NCBI GenBank assembly: GCA_034780895.1
Contig: JAUZTB010000107.1
Coordinates: 22,932,357-22,989,854 of the forward strand
DNA length: 57,498 nt
Source of the DNA: Rhynchobatus australiae
Lineage: Eukaryota
Direction of reading: 5' to 3'
The notes below the pieces were generated by a model. The model was not told where the DNA came from, ran no database searches, and saw nothing but the letters and a program-made list of their open reading frames with translations. Positions 1 to 14,575 of the stretch are shown piece after piece (position 1 is the first letter of the stretch; each line of letters starts with the position of its first letter). A program made the translations under genes and the position numbers.

Positions 1-2155
1 GGACCTAGAACCACCATGGTTATGAACCCCATCACACTCAGAACTAATCAACAATGAAGAAAGCAGTGCATCACACCAGGAGGCCAGGCAAGCGTAACAT
101 TCTCTCATTTTCTGTCCATTCTGGACATCACCACATTCATCAGTCTAACACACATTCACATGATATAACGCTCATACCAGATCTTGATTGTAACTCACCC
201 ATCACAGACAAACAGCACCGCACGACTCCTCCTCCATCCAACATTCCCAAGCCGCTATAGCTGTTTGCTCATTCTCCAAGCTGAATCGCCACACTGCTTT
301 GGTCCTGGCAGGTACACCTTCAAATTGCTGCTTAGGGCTTTTGCAAACACTAGCAAGGCTGCTGTTAGAATACCAACTATGACAGAACCTTCCAACAGGT
401 GTCAGATTACTGGATACAAACTGGGTAGGCTCTTTGTGTGGCTATACGTACTGTATCTCTTTTGTGAGAGTAAGGAGAGGAAGAGCTTCATGAATAGCCT
501 GCAGAATCCACATAATGCTGAATTCAGTATTGCAAAGCTTTGTTTACTGCTCTATCCTGCTGAGGTCTCGTCATCTGCCATTCAAAGTCTAATCCCACAT
601 AAAGCGGTGGTGATGATTGCCTTCCCTTCAAAACACAGCAAAAATAGGCAGATAGTAAATGGCAGGAAGAATGCGATTATCTTCCTGCAGCCCCGTAGTA
701 TTTAGTTCCCCTTTGGCCAGTAGTTTGTGTAATGGTTTTAGTATTGTTAAATAAAACCATGTGTTACAGTAGGAGGCATTAATAAATAAAACTGAAGAAA
801 TAATTAAAGGAAAATGTGTAAAAGAAAGTGATGATGCACATTGCAAATATCTAGAATTTGTAGCATTTTGCATTTTAATATAGTCTGACATTTTAAATTT
901 ACAGCTATTATCCATACAGGAAAATAAAATTGTCTGTGCAATGAATACTCTCTTATCCCAGATTTGTTGAGAGAAGTCATTAGTAATTCATGGAGTATGC
1001 TTCCAATCACTTGCCTCACCTCCGGCTCAGATCAAATCAGTACCAAAGCAGTGTTAATGGCCTCTGCATTCTTTGGTTTTCAGCATTATATAATTCTTAT
1101 TGTATTTTTGTTTCATTATTCTCACATTTTCTTGCTATCCAACTTTACCTGAAGAACTCCAAATCTGAGTTTTGGCAGTGTGTAACCATGTGCAGAAACA
1201 GGTCTTAATGTCATATCTTCTTGACTTAATTAATCAAAATATAACCAGGAGTTTAAATTGACCCAAAAAATGGTTTAGAAACAGATGGTCACACTGCAAA
1301 AAGCATTCATTGATCTGTGCACAAAGTACAAACGAACTATACGTACATTACTGCTGCCCAAAAATTTCCCAGGACATGATAGGGTTTCCTTTGTCACTGA
1401 AACTTCCTTGTGATCCCTCCTTCTGCAGCAACTGACATCATTTATGCTTCTAACTGGTAGGTGAAATTTCACACATGCCAGACACTAAAATCTCAGAACT
1501 GTTCCCTTTTGGAAATAGAAATTACTTTCACACCAGTGGATTATTTAGTGCTATGGAATTTGGACAAAGAATTGGTAATGGTTTTGTTCAGTGAGACATT
1601 AGTTAAGCTGTATTTGTTTCTAGTATATGGTAAGACAACTAAAACGTTATTTGTTAAACTTGTGCAGCCATTTGAGGCCTAAGTACCAGCTCTCAGACCT
1701 ATAACATGAGAAGTGTATTTGTATCCTGTTTTTGCAAGTANNNNNNNNNNNNNNNNNNNNNNNNNNNNNNNNNNNNNNNNNNNNNNNNNNNNNNNNNNNN
1801 NNNNNNNNNNNNNNNNNNNNNNNNNNNNNNNNNNNNNNNNNNNNNNNNNNNNNNNNNNNNNNNNNNNNNNNNNNNNNNNNNNNNNNNNNNNNNNNNNNNN
1901 NNNNNNNNNNNNNNNNNNNNNNNNNNNNNNNNNNNNNNNNNNNNNNNNNNNNNNNNNNNNNNNNNNNNNNNNNNNNNNNNNNNNNNNNNNNNNNNNNNNN
2001 NNNNNNNNNNNNNNNNNNNNNNNNNNNNNNNNNNNNNNNNNNNNNNNNNNNNNNNNNNNNNNNNNNNNNNNNNNNNNNNNNNNNNNNNNNNNNNNNNNNN
2101 NNNNNNNNNNNNNNNNNNNNNNNNNNNNNNNNNNNNNNNNNNNNNNNNNNNNNNN

Positions 2156-2455
2156 CTCAGTGGTAGCACTCTCACCTCTGAGCCAAAAGGTTATGGGTTC
2201 AAACAGCATTTCCAGATATTTAAGCAGATTTTTCAAGCTGACATTGATATGACGGATTGACAGAGGTGCAATCCATCAGATAACACTTTAAACCAAAGCC
2301 TTTTCAGTGGATGCAAAAGGATCCCATGGAAATACATGAAGAAGGGCAGGTGAGCTGACCCTCAACCGATACCTGAGAGGATATCCTGTCTTTACATTAC
2401 ATAAATTTACTTTACATAAATTAATTTCCACCTGGCTTTGGCATAAGCACTTTGG
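2156..2455 (+). mobile_element. Decayed tRNA-headed Deu-domain SINE (SacSINE1-like)
   Basis: A-box/B-box-like head ctcagtggtagcactctcacctctgagcc...gggttcaaa, followed by gtggatgcaaaaggatcccatgg...gaagaagggcagg, resembling the Deu core as I recall it. Confidence 0.65.
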
Positions 2456-2489
2456 TTTATTTTGAGGTTGTGGGTTGAGTTGTACACAT

Positions 2490-2794
2490 CAGACCAGGCC
2501 CTTCAACCCATCCAGTCTATGCAAACTACCAAGCACCCATTTATACTAGTCTTATTTTATTCTTTGCACATATCGTCAACTCTCCGCCAACTACCACACA
2601 CTTGCATGCTGGGGGAAATTCACAACAGCCATTTAACCTGCCAACCCACAGATCTGCTATGTGGGAGGAAACCGAAGATTGAGGAGGAAACCATGAAGTG
2701 ACAGAGAGAACTTGCAAATTCCACAGAGTCAGCACCGGAGGTCAGAATTGAAACTGGGTTGTTGGAGCTCTGAGGTGGCAGCTGTGCCACTGTG
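2490..2794 (-). mobile_element. V-domain tRNA-SINE (HE1-like)
   Basis: tgtgggaggaaaccg...ggaggaaacc...gagagaacttgcaaattccaca is the reverse of the V-domain seen at 10050, 30215 and 31921. Confidence 0.75.
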
Positions 2795-4879
2795 TTCCTT
2801 TTCTCAGGAAAAAAATCTGCTAAGATACTTTAAAGAAGTACTTTTTGCTGATATGGCCAGAGAGCAAATAAGTGGGCCATTAAAGCAATCAGACACTTTA
2901 GGTTTGGGTGCTCTTCACAAACCATTGAAACATTTCAATCTTTTAACACCCTCCTCTGAAGTTATATTATTCATGTGGGCTACTTAAATGATAGAAAAGG
3001 ATATGAAAATAAACTTTGCTTCTTTTGACAATTTGGCCTAAAGTTCCCAGATCTGTGAGACTGCATGATTTTATTAATTGGTTGGTCAATAAGTATAATA
3101 TAATTTAAGTTCTGCACCTTAGTATTTTAGATATTTCCAGAGATTCATCCAAAAATGTGTAATCAGAACATAACGAAATTATCAGGTAAAAAAGATTGAA
3201 GAAGCTTGGCTGTAAATGTGATACACATGTAATTATGCTGTGCCTGAATTTCCTCGCTTTTTAACCATATCAATCAGTCTCTGTCCTGATTACAACTTAG
3301 TTTACATAATGGCTCCACCCTTAGGCTAAAAAGCTGTACACATGAATTTCCTGCAGAAAGGTTCAAATCAGTTGTAAAATTAAGCCCAGAATTTTAGCTA
3401 CAGCAGGAAATAACAATTTTTCTGGTGTTTTATTGCCATTTTGAGATTTTTTTAATCGTCACTGAGACCAGCATTGTATTTTCCTTGAATAAATTTTCAT
3501 GGCACAATTAAAAGTTGAAAAGCTTCCACAATTACATATTATTAAACATGCTGACCTAATTTGTAGGAATGATAGCTAGACTGCTTGAAAATTTAATTTT
3601 CACATTTAAAAATTGGCATGTTTGGTTCTTTTCTCAGATGCTCAATCTATACACCCTGATATCCACTTATTTATGTATACTTCTATTTTCCTTGATGTGT
3701 TGAAGAGATTGTCAGGAAATTTGAGTGGAGATAAATATTGACGTGTACAAATGGGCACAGAGTATATCGTATTTTATTAGGCCCACAGGGATTTGTCCCA
3801 CTGATATTTTTGAGTTTCTTTTGAAAACAGGCAGAATTATAGAAAATGTGTAACAATAAATTACATTATAATTATTCATACTCCAGATAAATATCTTTGT
3901 TTATCCATAAAAGGAAGATAGGTATGTTAGGCACACCCCACTAAAAATATGGGAATATAAAATAAATTACAAAGGGTGAAATGATTTTCTTGAAGTTCAA
4001 AGAATTATACTACATGCAACAGGCTTGTGAAATGAATGATCTACTCTTCATTCTATATCCTGGAAGTATTAGTATCTAAGTGTTCTGTTGAATGTAAAAC
4101 TTAGGTACAGTTAAATATTATTAGCTCTCTCTATATTTAATTTTAAAAATCCATGGAGCTTCTCTGCTTTAAAGTTTCTTGCTTGCCATTCACCAAAGAT
4201 TTATTTTTTACAGATTTTATTAAGTCCAACCATTATTAATCAAAAATCACTGCATACTTTAAAAATTAAAATACCATATTGAAAGAAATGAAAACATCCA
4301 ATATATTTTCTACACAAAAAAAATTACNNNNNNNNNNNNNNNNNNNNNNNNNNNNNNNNNNNNNNNNNNNNNNNNNNNNNNNNNNNNNNNNNNNNNNNNN
4401 NNNNNNNNNNNNNNNNNNNNNNNNNNNNNNNNNNNNNCACACAAGGTCACAGTTGGGAGCGGAAGCTCCCGTTTGCAACCCTGTGCATACAATATCTGTC
4501 ATTTACTGATCTTAAACTTCTTCCTGCAATAAAAACTCATCCAGTAATATCCCTGGACTTAATCACCAGGGAGGGGCTTATTTTCCACTTTAAAACACCT
4601 TTGAGCCCTTTTTCTCCAAACCTCACTATGGTGAAATCCTGAAACAACATGTCCCAACACTGACTATAATGTTTAATTCTAGAATGGAAGAAAATTGTTC
4701 CACTACCATANNNNNNNNNNTTTACATTTTCTATTCAACCTAAAAGGCAGACAGTAAATGATCAATTAAATAGTCCTAACCAGAGAATAACTATTCAAAG
4801 ACCACTGGCAATGGTTTCATTCCCAGCAACTCTGACATTACCTTTGCTGTTCCTCGATAATACATCCATGGCTTTCTCC

Positions 4880-5060
4880 TTTTTCTCATCTACATACTAC
4901 CCTTATGGTACAGCTTCTGAAACTTAGCAACAATGTCGAAATGTGCACTGATGACATTAGCTCTTCCTCAATTCAACCACCATCACTCTTGAACCCTCCG
5001 CTCTCTAAGTTGTCAAATTACTTGTCTGATATCCAGTAATGGATGAGCAGAATTTACTCC
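4880..5060 (+). mobile_element. Decayed L2-like LINE reverse-transcriptase fragment
   Basis: actgatgacattagctc...ttgtctgatatccagtaatggatgagcagaatt resembles the 'ADD..L ... L.DI..WM..N' part of L2 RT, with frameshifts. Confidence 0.5.
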
Positions 5061-7282
5061 TAGTATTGGGGAGAGGTAATCAAATGGATTGCAATTTTCC
5101 AGCTATCCTCCTGCGATTCTGACCCTGTTTTCTAGCTTGTGACTCATCCAAGTGTGCACAACAGCATGTTTGCCCCAAGCTGGGGAGAGCATGAGGGCTA
5201 CCATCAACATCCTCAATGTTGATGGTTTCCCCATCATAATCCCTGGAAGAGAGAAAGATCCACTGTGAACCCGGTTAATGGAATCTCTATTTGATGATCA
5301 GGAAAGGAGGAGCCAGTAACAGCCATAGTGATCCAGGATGAGGGGCAGGCAGCTTTGGTCTCATTCAACTNNNNNNNNNNNNNNNNNNNNNNNNNNNNNN
5401 NNNNNNNNNNNNNNNAACATTTTTACTTCTAACATTCTAACATTTTTACTTTTATTTTACTTATTATCATAAGTAGTTATTAATAGAGTAGTCTTTAACA
5501 CTTATACATGTCTCGGTGTGTTTCTTTTGTTGCTGGTTCGTAACACCAGATAATAGCACCTGAGCCCTGTTCCATATATGTAAAAGTTCAATTACAAAAA
5601 TAGTCACTTGCCAGAACCAGAATGGCAAATTAGACATTAACCAATAAGAAATACCTGAGTTGTCCACAGGCACCCAATGGAATTTCTCAAGACCTTTCTG
5701 CCTGAACTGCAGCCACTGAGGTCAAAAGCAGCACCCACTTTTATAGCAACAAGAAAGCAGTTTCCCAAGTTTTAACCATTGTGCTTCTGCGTGTTTTATT
5801 ATCTCTAGTTTATGTGAACATCTTTGGGAGTTACTTTTAGTCAAGGTTGAGAAAATTATTCCATGCTGTTTGCCTACATGAATGTTGAGGAATAATGTGT
5901 TTGTTATCTCTAACAGAAACTGTTATAAGATCACAAGAGTTGGCTATTGATTGTATCTCCAAATCAGGTTGAAGTAATCTGGTTCTGTGAAGTAGCATGA
6001 TCACATCTCTGGGGGAACCTGCCAGAACTTACTGAGAGGATTTCCAAGAAGAAATTAAATCAGCAAAGTGCTCCTGCTGGGTTTATGCCTTGAGGCAATG
6101 TAGGTTTACTGGAAAACAAATCACATGATCTCAATCAGAATTGAGAATCTTATTATTTATGATCCTCTCACTGCAGATGCTCAAGGTCTCCCTGGCATCT
6201 TGGAACTAACTTTCACAAATCAGACAAAATCTCAGGGTTCCTATTTATGTAGTGTTCTTCAGAGATTGTTGTAGCAGTAAGAGCCACTCTCCATGACTAT
6301 GCTGAAGATAGATTCCTTTAGCTGATCAGAAAAATACAACATATTTTGGGATACCGTCTGCACTGGTTTCTCATAGGTTCATAGTTCTAGTTGCATCCTT
6401 CAACAGAAAGCATGTCCAGGAGCTCCACAAACAAGGACTTTGCATCATAGATGTCATCGTTATCTTCCTCCATTCCTCATTCCTAATGGCTATCGGGGAG
6501 TATGCGCTGTCCAGCCGAGGATCTTCCTCATCACTCATCTGACACTTCTTGAATGCTTCTATCTGGCCTGATATTTGCCAATGAATGACTGAATAGCAAT
6601 GAGGGCGATGGAGTGCAAGCAGGGATGCAGCCAGATGTTATCATGTTTTATTGACTGCGTTGTGTTATTTCACCTTCATTCAACAGAATGGAGAACGAAA
6701 TAACACAAACTAAGAACAGCTGTAACATATCTTTCCAAGTGCCTGACAATCACAGTAGGCTAGCTAGCTGGAGTCTGGGAAGACTGCCTTGTTTCATTTT
6801 TACACAAATGTCTTTCTGCCAACAGTCCACCAATTTTCTCATCTCTGTTTCTTTTTGTCATCAGATATCCTACGGCACCAAGACTGATGATAATCTCAGT
6901 AGGAGGCATGTAAAGTGCTGGTAACCACATAGATGTGATACTTCATGGTATGTTCTGAGACATCATAAAATCCAAAGGTTGGTATTCATTCTCTAACTCG
7001 ACTGATTTCAGGCAACAAAAACAGACCCTTCACTTTTGAGGTAACCCACTATTTTAGTTTCAATGCAGTAAAGCTTTGAACAAGCTCAACCTCATTTATA
7101 TTTTCACACTGTGATTCTGGAACTAATCGTCATTTGATCCTCTATTTTAAAGAAAAGAAGTATCCATAGTTTTTTGTTCCACTGTCCACACAGGTAATCT
7201 GTTCTCAACTCAATCATTCTCTTATTTGTTCATCCATGTAACTTCCTCTGAATAAATGTTCTGCGTTATTACCTTTCCATGG

Positions 7283-8205
7283 AGTCATAGTCATAGCATG
7301 AAAAGAGGCCCTTCGCCCCAACTCGTCTGTTCCAACCAAGGTGCACACCTGAGTAGTTTCATATTTCTGAACTTGGGCCATATTCCTCTGAACCTTTCCT
7401 ACCCATGTACCTATCCAAATGTATTTTAAAGATTGTAACTGTACCCACTTCTACCAGCTCCTCTGGCAGTTCATTCCATATATCCTCTCTGAGAAAAACT
7501 TGACTCTCAGGTTTCCTTTAAATCTTTCCTCTTTTACCTTATGCCCTCTAGTTTTAGACTCCCCTACCCTGGGAAAAAGACTGTGACAATCCATCTTATC
7601 TAAACTTAAAAGACACCATAGATTTCTATAAGGTCACCTCTCAGGCTTCTTGCTCTGGGGAAAACAGTCCCAGACTATTCAGTCTCTACTTATAGCTTAA
7701 GCCATCCAGTCTTGGCAACACCCTTGTGAATCTCTTCTGCATCTTCTCTAGCTTCATCACATCCTTCTGATAGTACTGTGACCAGAACTGCACACAATCT
7801 TCCAGGTGTGGTCTCACCAACGTCTTGTACAGCTGTAACATGATGTTCCAACTCTTGTACTCAATGCCCCATCTGATGAAGAAAGATACAAAAATCTTTG
7901 CAATTTCTTCCCTTGCTTCTCATAGTATCCAAGGATATATTTGGTCAGGCCTTGGGATTTATCCACCTTTATGTGCCTCAACGTTGCCTGCACCCCTTCT
8001 TTCGTAATGTTGATATGTTTCAGGACATCACTGTTCTCTGCCCTTCACTCAAACAGGAACATGTTGGCCCTGAACTCTCCCTATCTCACTTTTAAAAGCC
8101 TCCTACTTGCCAGATGCCCCTTTACCTGCAAATAGCCTGTCCCAATCAACCTTTGAGGGTTTCTGTCTGTCTCACAGAAATTAGCCTTCCCACAGTTTAG
8201 GATTT
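7283..8205 (-). mobile_element. CR1-clade LINE, 3' portion, decayed
   Basis: Tail gagtcatagtcatagc...aggcccttcgccc, then reverse ORF2 motifs such as gaccagaactgcacacaatcttccaggtgtggtctcacc (VRPHLEDCVQFWS). Internally deleted further 5'. Confidence 0.85.
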
Positions 8206-9769
8206 TCTGTCTCCTCTAAGTGTAGTTCCTGTGCACCACTTAGGCCTATTGAAAATTAACAACTGCTCTGGGAAATTCCAGTATGGGTTACAAATTATTT
8301 TTTGTTTTGTACTAATGACACTTGTTGGTTCATATTTTATTTTGGTCTTATTTCCCAAAATGTGGATATGTCCCCAAAACAGGAAATGAGAATGTCAAAA
8401 ATAATAGTGCAATCAATAATAAAGAAGAATTTTCAACAATAAATGAATTGCCTGAGACTGAATTACATAAAATGACAGAGCATTGTTGAGAGACTCTAAC
8501 ATATGAGAACTTCATCATAATTTCAGACTGAAAGCTAGCGTGTGGCTCCTGCTCACCTGTGGAAAGCTGCGACATGACTTGACGCAGTCATTGAATCCCA
8601 TCCAGCGCTGATATTCGGGATACTCTCCTCTGCTCAGCACATACTGGTATCCCATGTAGTTGGGTCTCTCGTACAGCACCCACCAGTCACTCTCAACGCG
8701 GATGGAGTTACAGCGGCTGAAGTAAGGGGACAGGTCGGCACAGTCGGTGCTGCNNNNNNNNNNNNNNNNNNNNNNNNNNNNNNNNNNNNNNNNNNNNNNN
8801 NNNNNNNNNNNNNNNNNNNNNNNNNNNNNNNNNNNNNNNNNNNNNNNNNNNNNAGTAGAATTATTGCCATTGGTCCCAAAGTGCTCCTCACTGACAATTC
8901 AGCCTCTTGCCCAGCCTCATTCCCAATAGGAGGTCGAACATTGCTCCCTCTATAGAAGGCCATCTACATATTGCTTGAGAAAACTTTCCTGGGCACAGCT
9001 AACAAATTCAGCCCCATCCAGACCCCAGTTGAGATAAGGGTATCTGCTCATCTTCAGTGAGGGCATTCAGATGAAGTCTTCCTTTTCCCTTGGGTTGCTC
9101 TCATTGTGCTCTCATATCCACACCACATATTAACTTATCAATGATCAAGATGCAGCATCTGGATGTCTTGGATTATTATTTGATGTCTTTTTTAATACTT
9201 TTCCCTTGTTATGAAGTGCCTCTTTTAGGTCCTCCTTTCTGTTTCAAGTTGTTTCTTTAGTTCCTGCTTAGATTGTGATTTATGATTTCTCCCCTTTTCA
9301 TCAAAGAATCTATTCCACTTTCTCAGTGAAGTCACAGCAGCATTCACAGTGGAAAGAACACATTGTGGAGATTTTATTGATCTTTCATACTATGAAATTC
9401 CCTAAAACTACAATGTACCTCTGATATTATCTATTTCCAGGTACCTTGAACAGCTAATAAGCGGTTTGTAGTTAACATTCCCGATATTCCAAAACTAAAT
9501 CCAATGTTGAAATGGGATGGATATTTCCACAGGTACTGTCTGGTTCAGTCTAATCTTTTCATATGGGTATAATTAAGGTTTTTCTCTTCATCTTGCTGTT
9601 GATAGCCTCATAGAAAGTGTTTCTCAGGTACATTTCCTGTTTTTACATAGTGAGCATGTACCTGGTTGTTCTTTGAACCATACAACTCTATTCTTGTCAG
9701 AATCAATTACACAGCTCCCTTTGCAAGAGTACTTCCCTCTATCAACTGAGTCAGCTTATGTACATGCAT

Positions 9770-10800
9770 ATGAACATACAAATTAGGGGCACGCCCCTCA
9801 AGCATGTTCCAGCAAATCATGGCTCATCAGATTGTACTCTCAACTCCACATTCCCACCTAACCACTATAATATTCCACTCCCTTGTTCATCAAGAATTTG
9901 GTTTTTAAAATATTCAACGAAACTTATCTTTGACAATAAAGGTTCCAAGGACTCATGACTCTCTGACAGAGAAAAAAGTCACTTTATCTCTGTCTGAAAT
10001 GAGTGACCCCCTATTTTTGTACACTGAATTGTAACCCTGGGCATTAAAGCAGCTAGTGGAGCCAATGCCACACAGCACCAGAGACCCGGGTTCAATCCTG
10101 ACATCGGGTGCTGTCTGTGTGAAGTTTCCACAATCCCAATGTGACCACATGGGTTTCCTTCAGATGGTCTGGATTCTTCCAAAATTGCAAATACATGCAG
10201 GTTGGTAGGTTAATTTGCCACTGTAAATTGCCCTCAGTGTGTAGGTTAGTGGTAGAATCTGGTGGGAGTTGATGACAATGTGGGGAGAATTTAAATGGAT
10301 AAATGTAGGATTAGTGCAAATGTTGATGGTTGGTACGGACTCACTGTCTCTCTCAGTGACCCTCTATGACTTCATGACTCTCTGACCTCTGAGGAAATAA
10401 CCTCTCCATATCTATCCTATCAAGACCCCTCAGAATCTTATATGTCTCAGTCAAGTCTCTTTCAAGCTTCTAAATTCCAGTAGATATAAACTTAGTCTGT
10501 CTAACTTTTCTTCATAAAACAACCCACCAAGTCCAGATATTTGTCCGGTATAACTTCTGTAACTGCTTCCAATGAATTAACACCCTTCCTTAAATAAGGG
10601 ACTGTACAGTTTACCAGATGTGATTTCACCGGTTTCTATATAATTGAGGCATAACATCACTACTTTTGTATCCAGTTCTCCAGGCATTCTGTTACTATCA
10701 CTAACTAATTGCTGACTCTATCTTTTCCAAATCATTAACATCCTGAACCATTTGCATTTCAGAGCTCTGCAATCTCTTAGTATTTAGATAAGGTGTTTCC
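9770..10800 (-). mobile_element. CR1-clade LINE fragment interrupted by a SINE
   Basis: CR1-type tail and ORF2 end on the reverse strand, running 9770-10030 and resuming at about 10380-10800 (ctatcctatcaagacccctcagaatcttatatgtctc). Confidence 0.7.
10050..10378 (+). mobile_element. V-domain tRNA-SINE (HE1-like)
   Basis: B-box-like gggttcaatcc, V-domain tgtgtgaagtttcc...gggtttcc...ttggtaggttaatt...ctgtaaattgccc, and a CR1-type ctctatgac tail. Confidence 0.8.
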
Positions 10801-10802
10801 AT

Positions 10803-11397
10803 TGTTCCTGGGTGTCACCATTGATCAGAAACTCAACTGGGCAACCATATTACCATGGCCACAAAAGCAGGTCAGAGTCTAGGTATCCTGCAGTGAGTGA
10901 CTCATTTCCAGACACCCAAAGCCTTTCCACAATCTAGAAGGCACAAATCAGGTGTGTTGGGAAACACCACTTTCCAGGATGAGTGTAGCTCCAACAGCTC
11001 TCAAAAGGCTTGATACCATCCAGGACAAAACAGACCACTTGATTTGAACCCCATCTACCTCCATCATCATTCATTCCCTCCAACAGAGGTACACAGTGGC
11101 TGTATTGTGCACTGCCTACAAAATACACTGCAGTTACTCACCCAGGCTGCTGCAACAGGATGTCTCAAACTGTGACCTCTACCCTAAGAAATACAAGAGC
11201 AACAGGTGCATGAGAACAACACTATCTGCAGTTTGCCCTCCAAGTCGCACACCACCCTGATTCGGAAATATATTGCCATTGTTGCTAGTCTAAATCCTGG
11301 AACTCCTCATGCAACCTCATTTTAGGACAGCTTTCACCAGAGGGACCAAAGCAGTTCAAGAAAGCGGCTCACTCTCATCTTCTTAAGGGCAATTAGT
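10803..11397 (+). mobile_element. LINE 3' fragment (CR1/L2-group ORF2 C-terminus plus tail)
   Basis: ttcctgggtgtcaccattgatcagaaactcaactgg = FLGVTIDQKLNW, a typical RT-thumb motif. A second copy of its 3' end lies reversed at 56770-57055. Confidence 0.75.
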
Positions 11398-14300
11398 TTT
11401 GACAGCATCAAACTTGCACAGCGATAAAACTGCCCCAATCTCAAGATGGCTGGCGTGGAAATGGAAAAATAGGAATGTATCTATCAGGCTGGAGCTGTAG
11501 TGTTGTGACCACTGTAAGAAAACTGAACAGACATTAGTCTATACCTAAACCAAAACAGACACTCCGGATGGTGACAAATAAATCCCTGAAACAGAAACTG
11601 TTCTGTTCCTCAACATCAACATCCCTTGTCTTCATGAGCACAGAATTGAAAACAAGAAGTTAATTTTATTTCATGAAATAGCACATACATAAAATTTAGG
11701 GAATCACTTTGAAAATCCACATTTCTCTTCCAAATCCTCTCAAAACTTGATTGCTTTGAACTATGTTTCCATTGGCCTATGATGCTTCAAACTATTTCAA
11801 AGAATGTGGCACAATAAAAAGATGTTTCCTAAAATTCATAGACAGTAACAAATTCAATATTATAATTAATCACAAAANNNNNNNNNNNNNNNNNNNNNNN
11901 NNNNNNNNNNNNNNNNNNNNNNNNNNNNNNNNNNNNNNCAAATAAAAAAGTCAGATATTTAAAAATTCAGCATTGCACTTTCCAGACCCATCCTACTAAA
12001 TCCTACTAAACCAGCAATGATTGAAAATGCCACCTTAATATCAATTCCAATAAAACTGTATAAATTTAAGAAAATTATTTAACACTACCAAATAATATAA
12101 CGGATTAAAATCATGGTTGATAACTGCTTTACTATAATACTACGAGCAGTGAAAGTAACTGGTCAAATCCCAATACTGAATCCACTGCTGATTATGCTTC
12201 TTCACAAGATTTTTGGGCCTGGTATTCAGAACTTCTTGCTTACAATGCTGTTAAATGAAGATGTCACCTATCACCGCCAGATTTAATTTACATTTTGTTT
12301 CAATTGGTAGCGTGACATTTTGGCAGAATTCCATAAATTAGGGACGCTATCCCTCTACTAAATTACATTTTTATTATTATAAAACTGATGATAGGTATTT
12401 TCCAGCACTTGTCAGTTGCTCCTACAGCAGCTGGGTTTGTGGTTCTCAGCCCTACAGAAAGTTTTGCATGGTCAATGGAAGTTCCATATGACAAAATTAA
12501 CTGAAATTGATAACTACTCACTGACAGGAAGGAACTATGGCTGGACCTAACCCAGATTTTTCTGCACTGTATATTTGTATTAAGTCTAAGTAACAACTCA
12601 ACCTTCCTGGAATTCCAAATCAATTGTTCGTCTCTGAAATATGTAGCTCCCAAGTACTCATTTTTTAGAACATACATTTTCATTTTATTGATTGTGCTCC
12701 TATGACCTAAATTCATTTACAGACAATTTTGTTTGTTTAAGTCATTAGCCCATTCTGGAGAGATTGCCATCTTTAATCATCCTACTTGTTAAAATGTTCA
12801 AACTTGCAGTAACCAACCCTGCAGCTGTTCCACTGCCTTTTTATCTAGGGATCTAAAATCACTCGTAAAATATTGGGATTAAGTTGCCAGCAATTTTTTT
12901 GAAGAACATCTAACCATGAAATGCTGATAAGCTTTCATGCTTTTCACCCTCAGTACCTACTAAGCTTAAAAGTAAATTTGAATTCATCAGCATGGTGATG
13001 AGATGTATAAAACCCTCAAAGATATAATGTTGGAATCCGTGACCATCTACAAAATAAGTTTCAATCATAATCACACTAAGAAGGGAAGTCAGGAAACAAG
13101 CAAAGCTCAAGTGATCATAGAACAGCACTAGAAGTGTTCTGGCTTGGCCAGAATATCTAGAGAATAGTACATGCAAGATCAAACACCAAGAAAATACGGG
13201 GGAAGCAGCTAAGTTGGAACCAAAAGAAATGAAAAATCAATGTTAAAGATATGATTGAATAAATATGAACTGAACTTTTAGTCTTAAATTAATGCCCATC
13301 AGGATACAGTAGAGATATTAACTGTGCAACCAAACCTCAGAATGCGAGATGGGATGTTTCTGAAATGATGAGTTCCAGAAATTATGAGTTCCAAAGCATG
13401 CTCCCTATAGCAATGATCATTTATAAATTCATATGAGAAAATACAATTTTTTTTAAATATTCTTTTCTGTTTTACTTAAATTTCTCATTAAATTGACTAC
13501 TTAATTTGCTGGACATTTTAACTGAAAGAATCCAGGCAATCAATGTATTAGTTTGTTCTCAAATGCTATGGAATGGAAATAAATGGTTGGATTTCGAAAA
13601 AAATTTATACAGAAACACAGAATGTATAGACTTAACTGAAACTGACAACTTCCAGTAAACACAAAGCACATCTAAGTGAGATTTGTAGCTGGATGATGTT
13701 GATGGTTTATTTCTCTATCCTCTCCACAATAGTTTATTAAAGCAGAAAATGGAGACTGTTATGTAGATCGNNNNNNNNNNNNNNNNNNNNNNNNNNNNNN
13801 NNNNNNNNNNNNNNNNNNNNNNNNNNNNNNNNNNNNNNNNNNNNNNNNNNNNNNNNNNNNNNNNNNNNNNNNNNNNNNNNNNNNNNNNNNNNNNNNNNNN
13901 NNNNNNNNNNNNNNNNNNNNNNNNNNNNNNNNNNNNNNNNNNNNNNNNNNNNNNNNNNNNNNNNNNNNNNNNNNNNNNNNNNNNNNNNNNNNNNNNNNNN
14001 NNNNNNNNNNNNNNNNNNNNNNNNNNNNNNNNNNNNNNNNNNNNNNNNNNNNNNNNNNNNNNNNNNNNNNNNNNNNNNNNNNNNNNNNNNNNNNNNNNNN
14101 NNNNNNNNNNNNNNNNNNNNNNNNNNNNNNNNNNNNNNNNNNNNNNNNNNNNNNNNNNNNNNNNNNNNNNNNNNNNNNNNNNNNNNNNNNNNNNNNNNNN
14201 NNNNNNNNNNNNNNNNNNNNNNNNNNNNNNNNNNNNNNNNNNNNNNNNNNNNNNNNNNNNNNNNNNNNNNNNNNNNNNNNNNNNNNNNNNNNNNNNNNNN

Positions 14301-14497
14301 NNNNNNNNNNNNNNNNNNNNNNNNNNNNNNNNNNNNNNNNNNNNNNNNNNNNNNNNNNNNNNNNNNNNNNNNNNNNNNNNNNNNNNNNNNNNNNNNNNNN
14401 NNNNNNNNNNNNNNNNNNNNNNNNNNNNNNNNNNNNNNNNNNNNNNNNNNNNNNNNNNNNNNNNNNNNNNNNNNNNNNNNNNNNNNNNNNNNNNNNN

Positions 14498-14575
14498 ATT
14501 TCTAGGGTAGGGACATGTTCGGCACAGCTTTGTGGGCTGAAGGGCCTGAATTGTGCTGTAGTTTTTCTATGTTTT
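14498..14575 (+). mobile_element. CR1-type 3' tail emerging from an N gap
   Basis: ggcacagctttgtgggctgaagggcctgaattgtgctgtagtttttctatg. Confidence 0.65.

Noticed and set aside
184-705. 173-aa ORF
   Set aside because: Non-ATG start, no recognisable domain, no splice or codon-bias support.
1679-2260. Long ORFs spanning N runs (also 22177-22645 and 28401-29125)
   Set aside because: Artifacts of translating assembly gaps.
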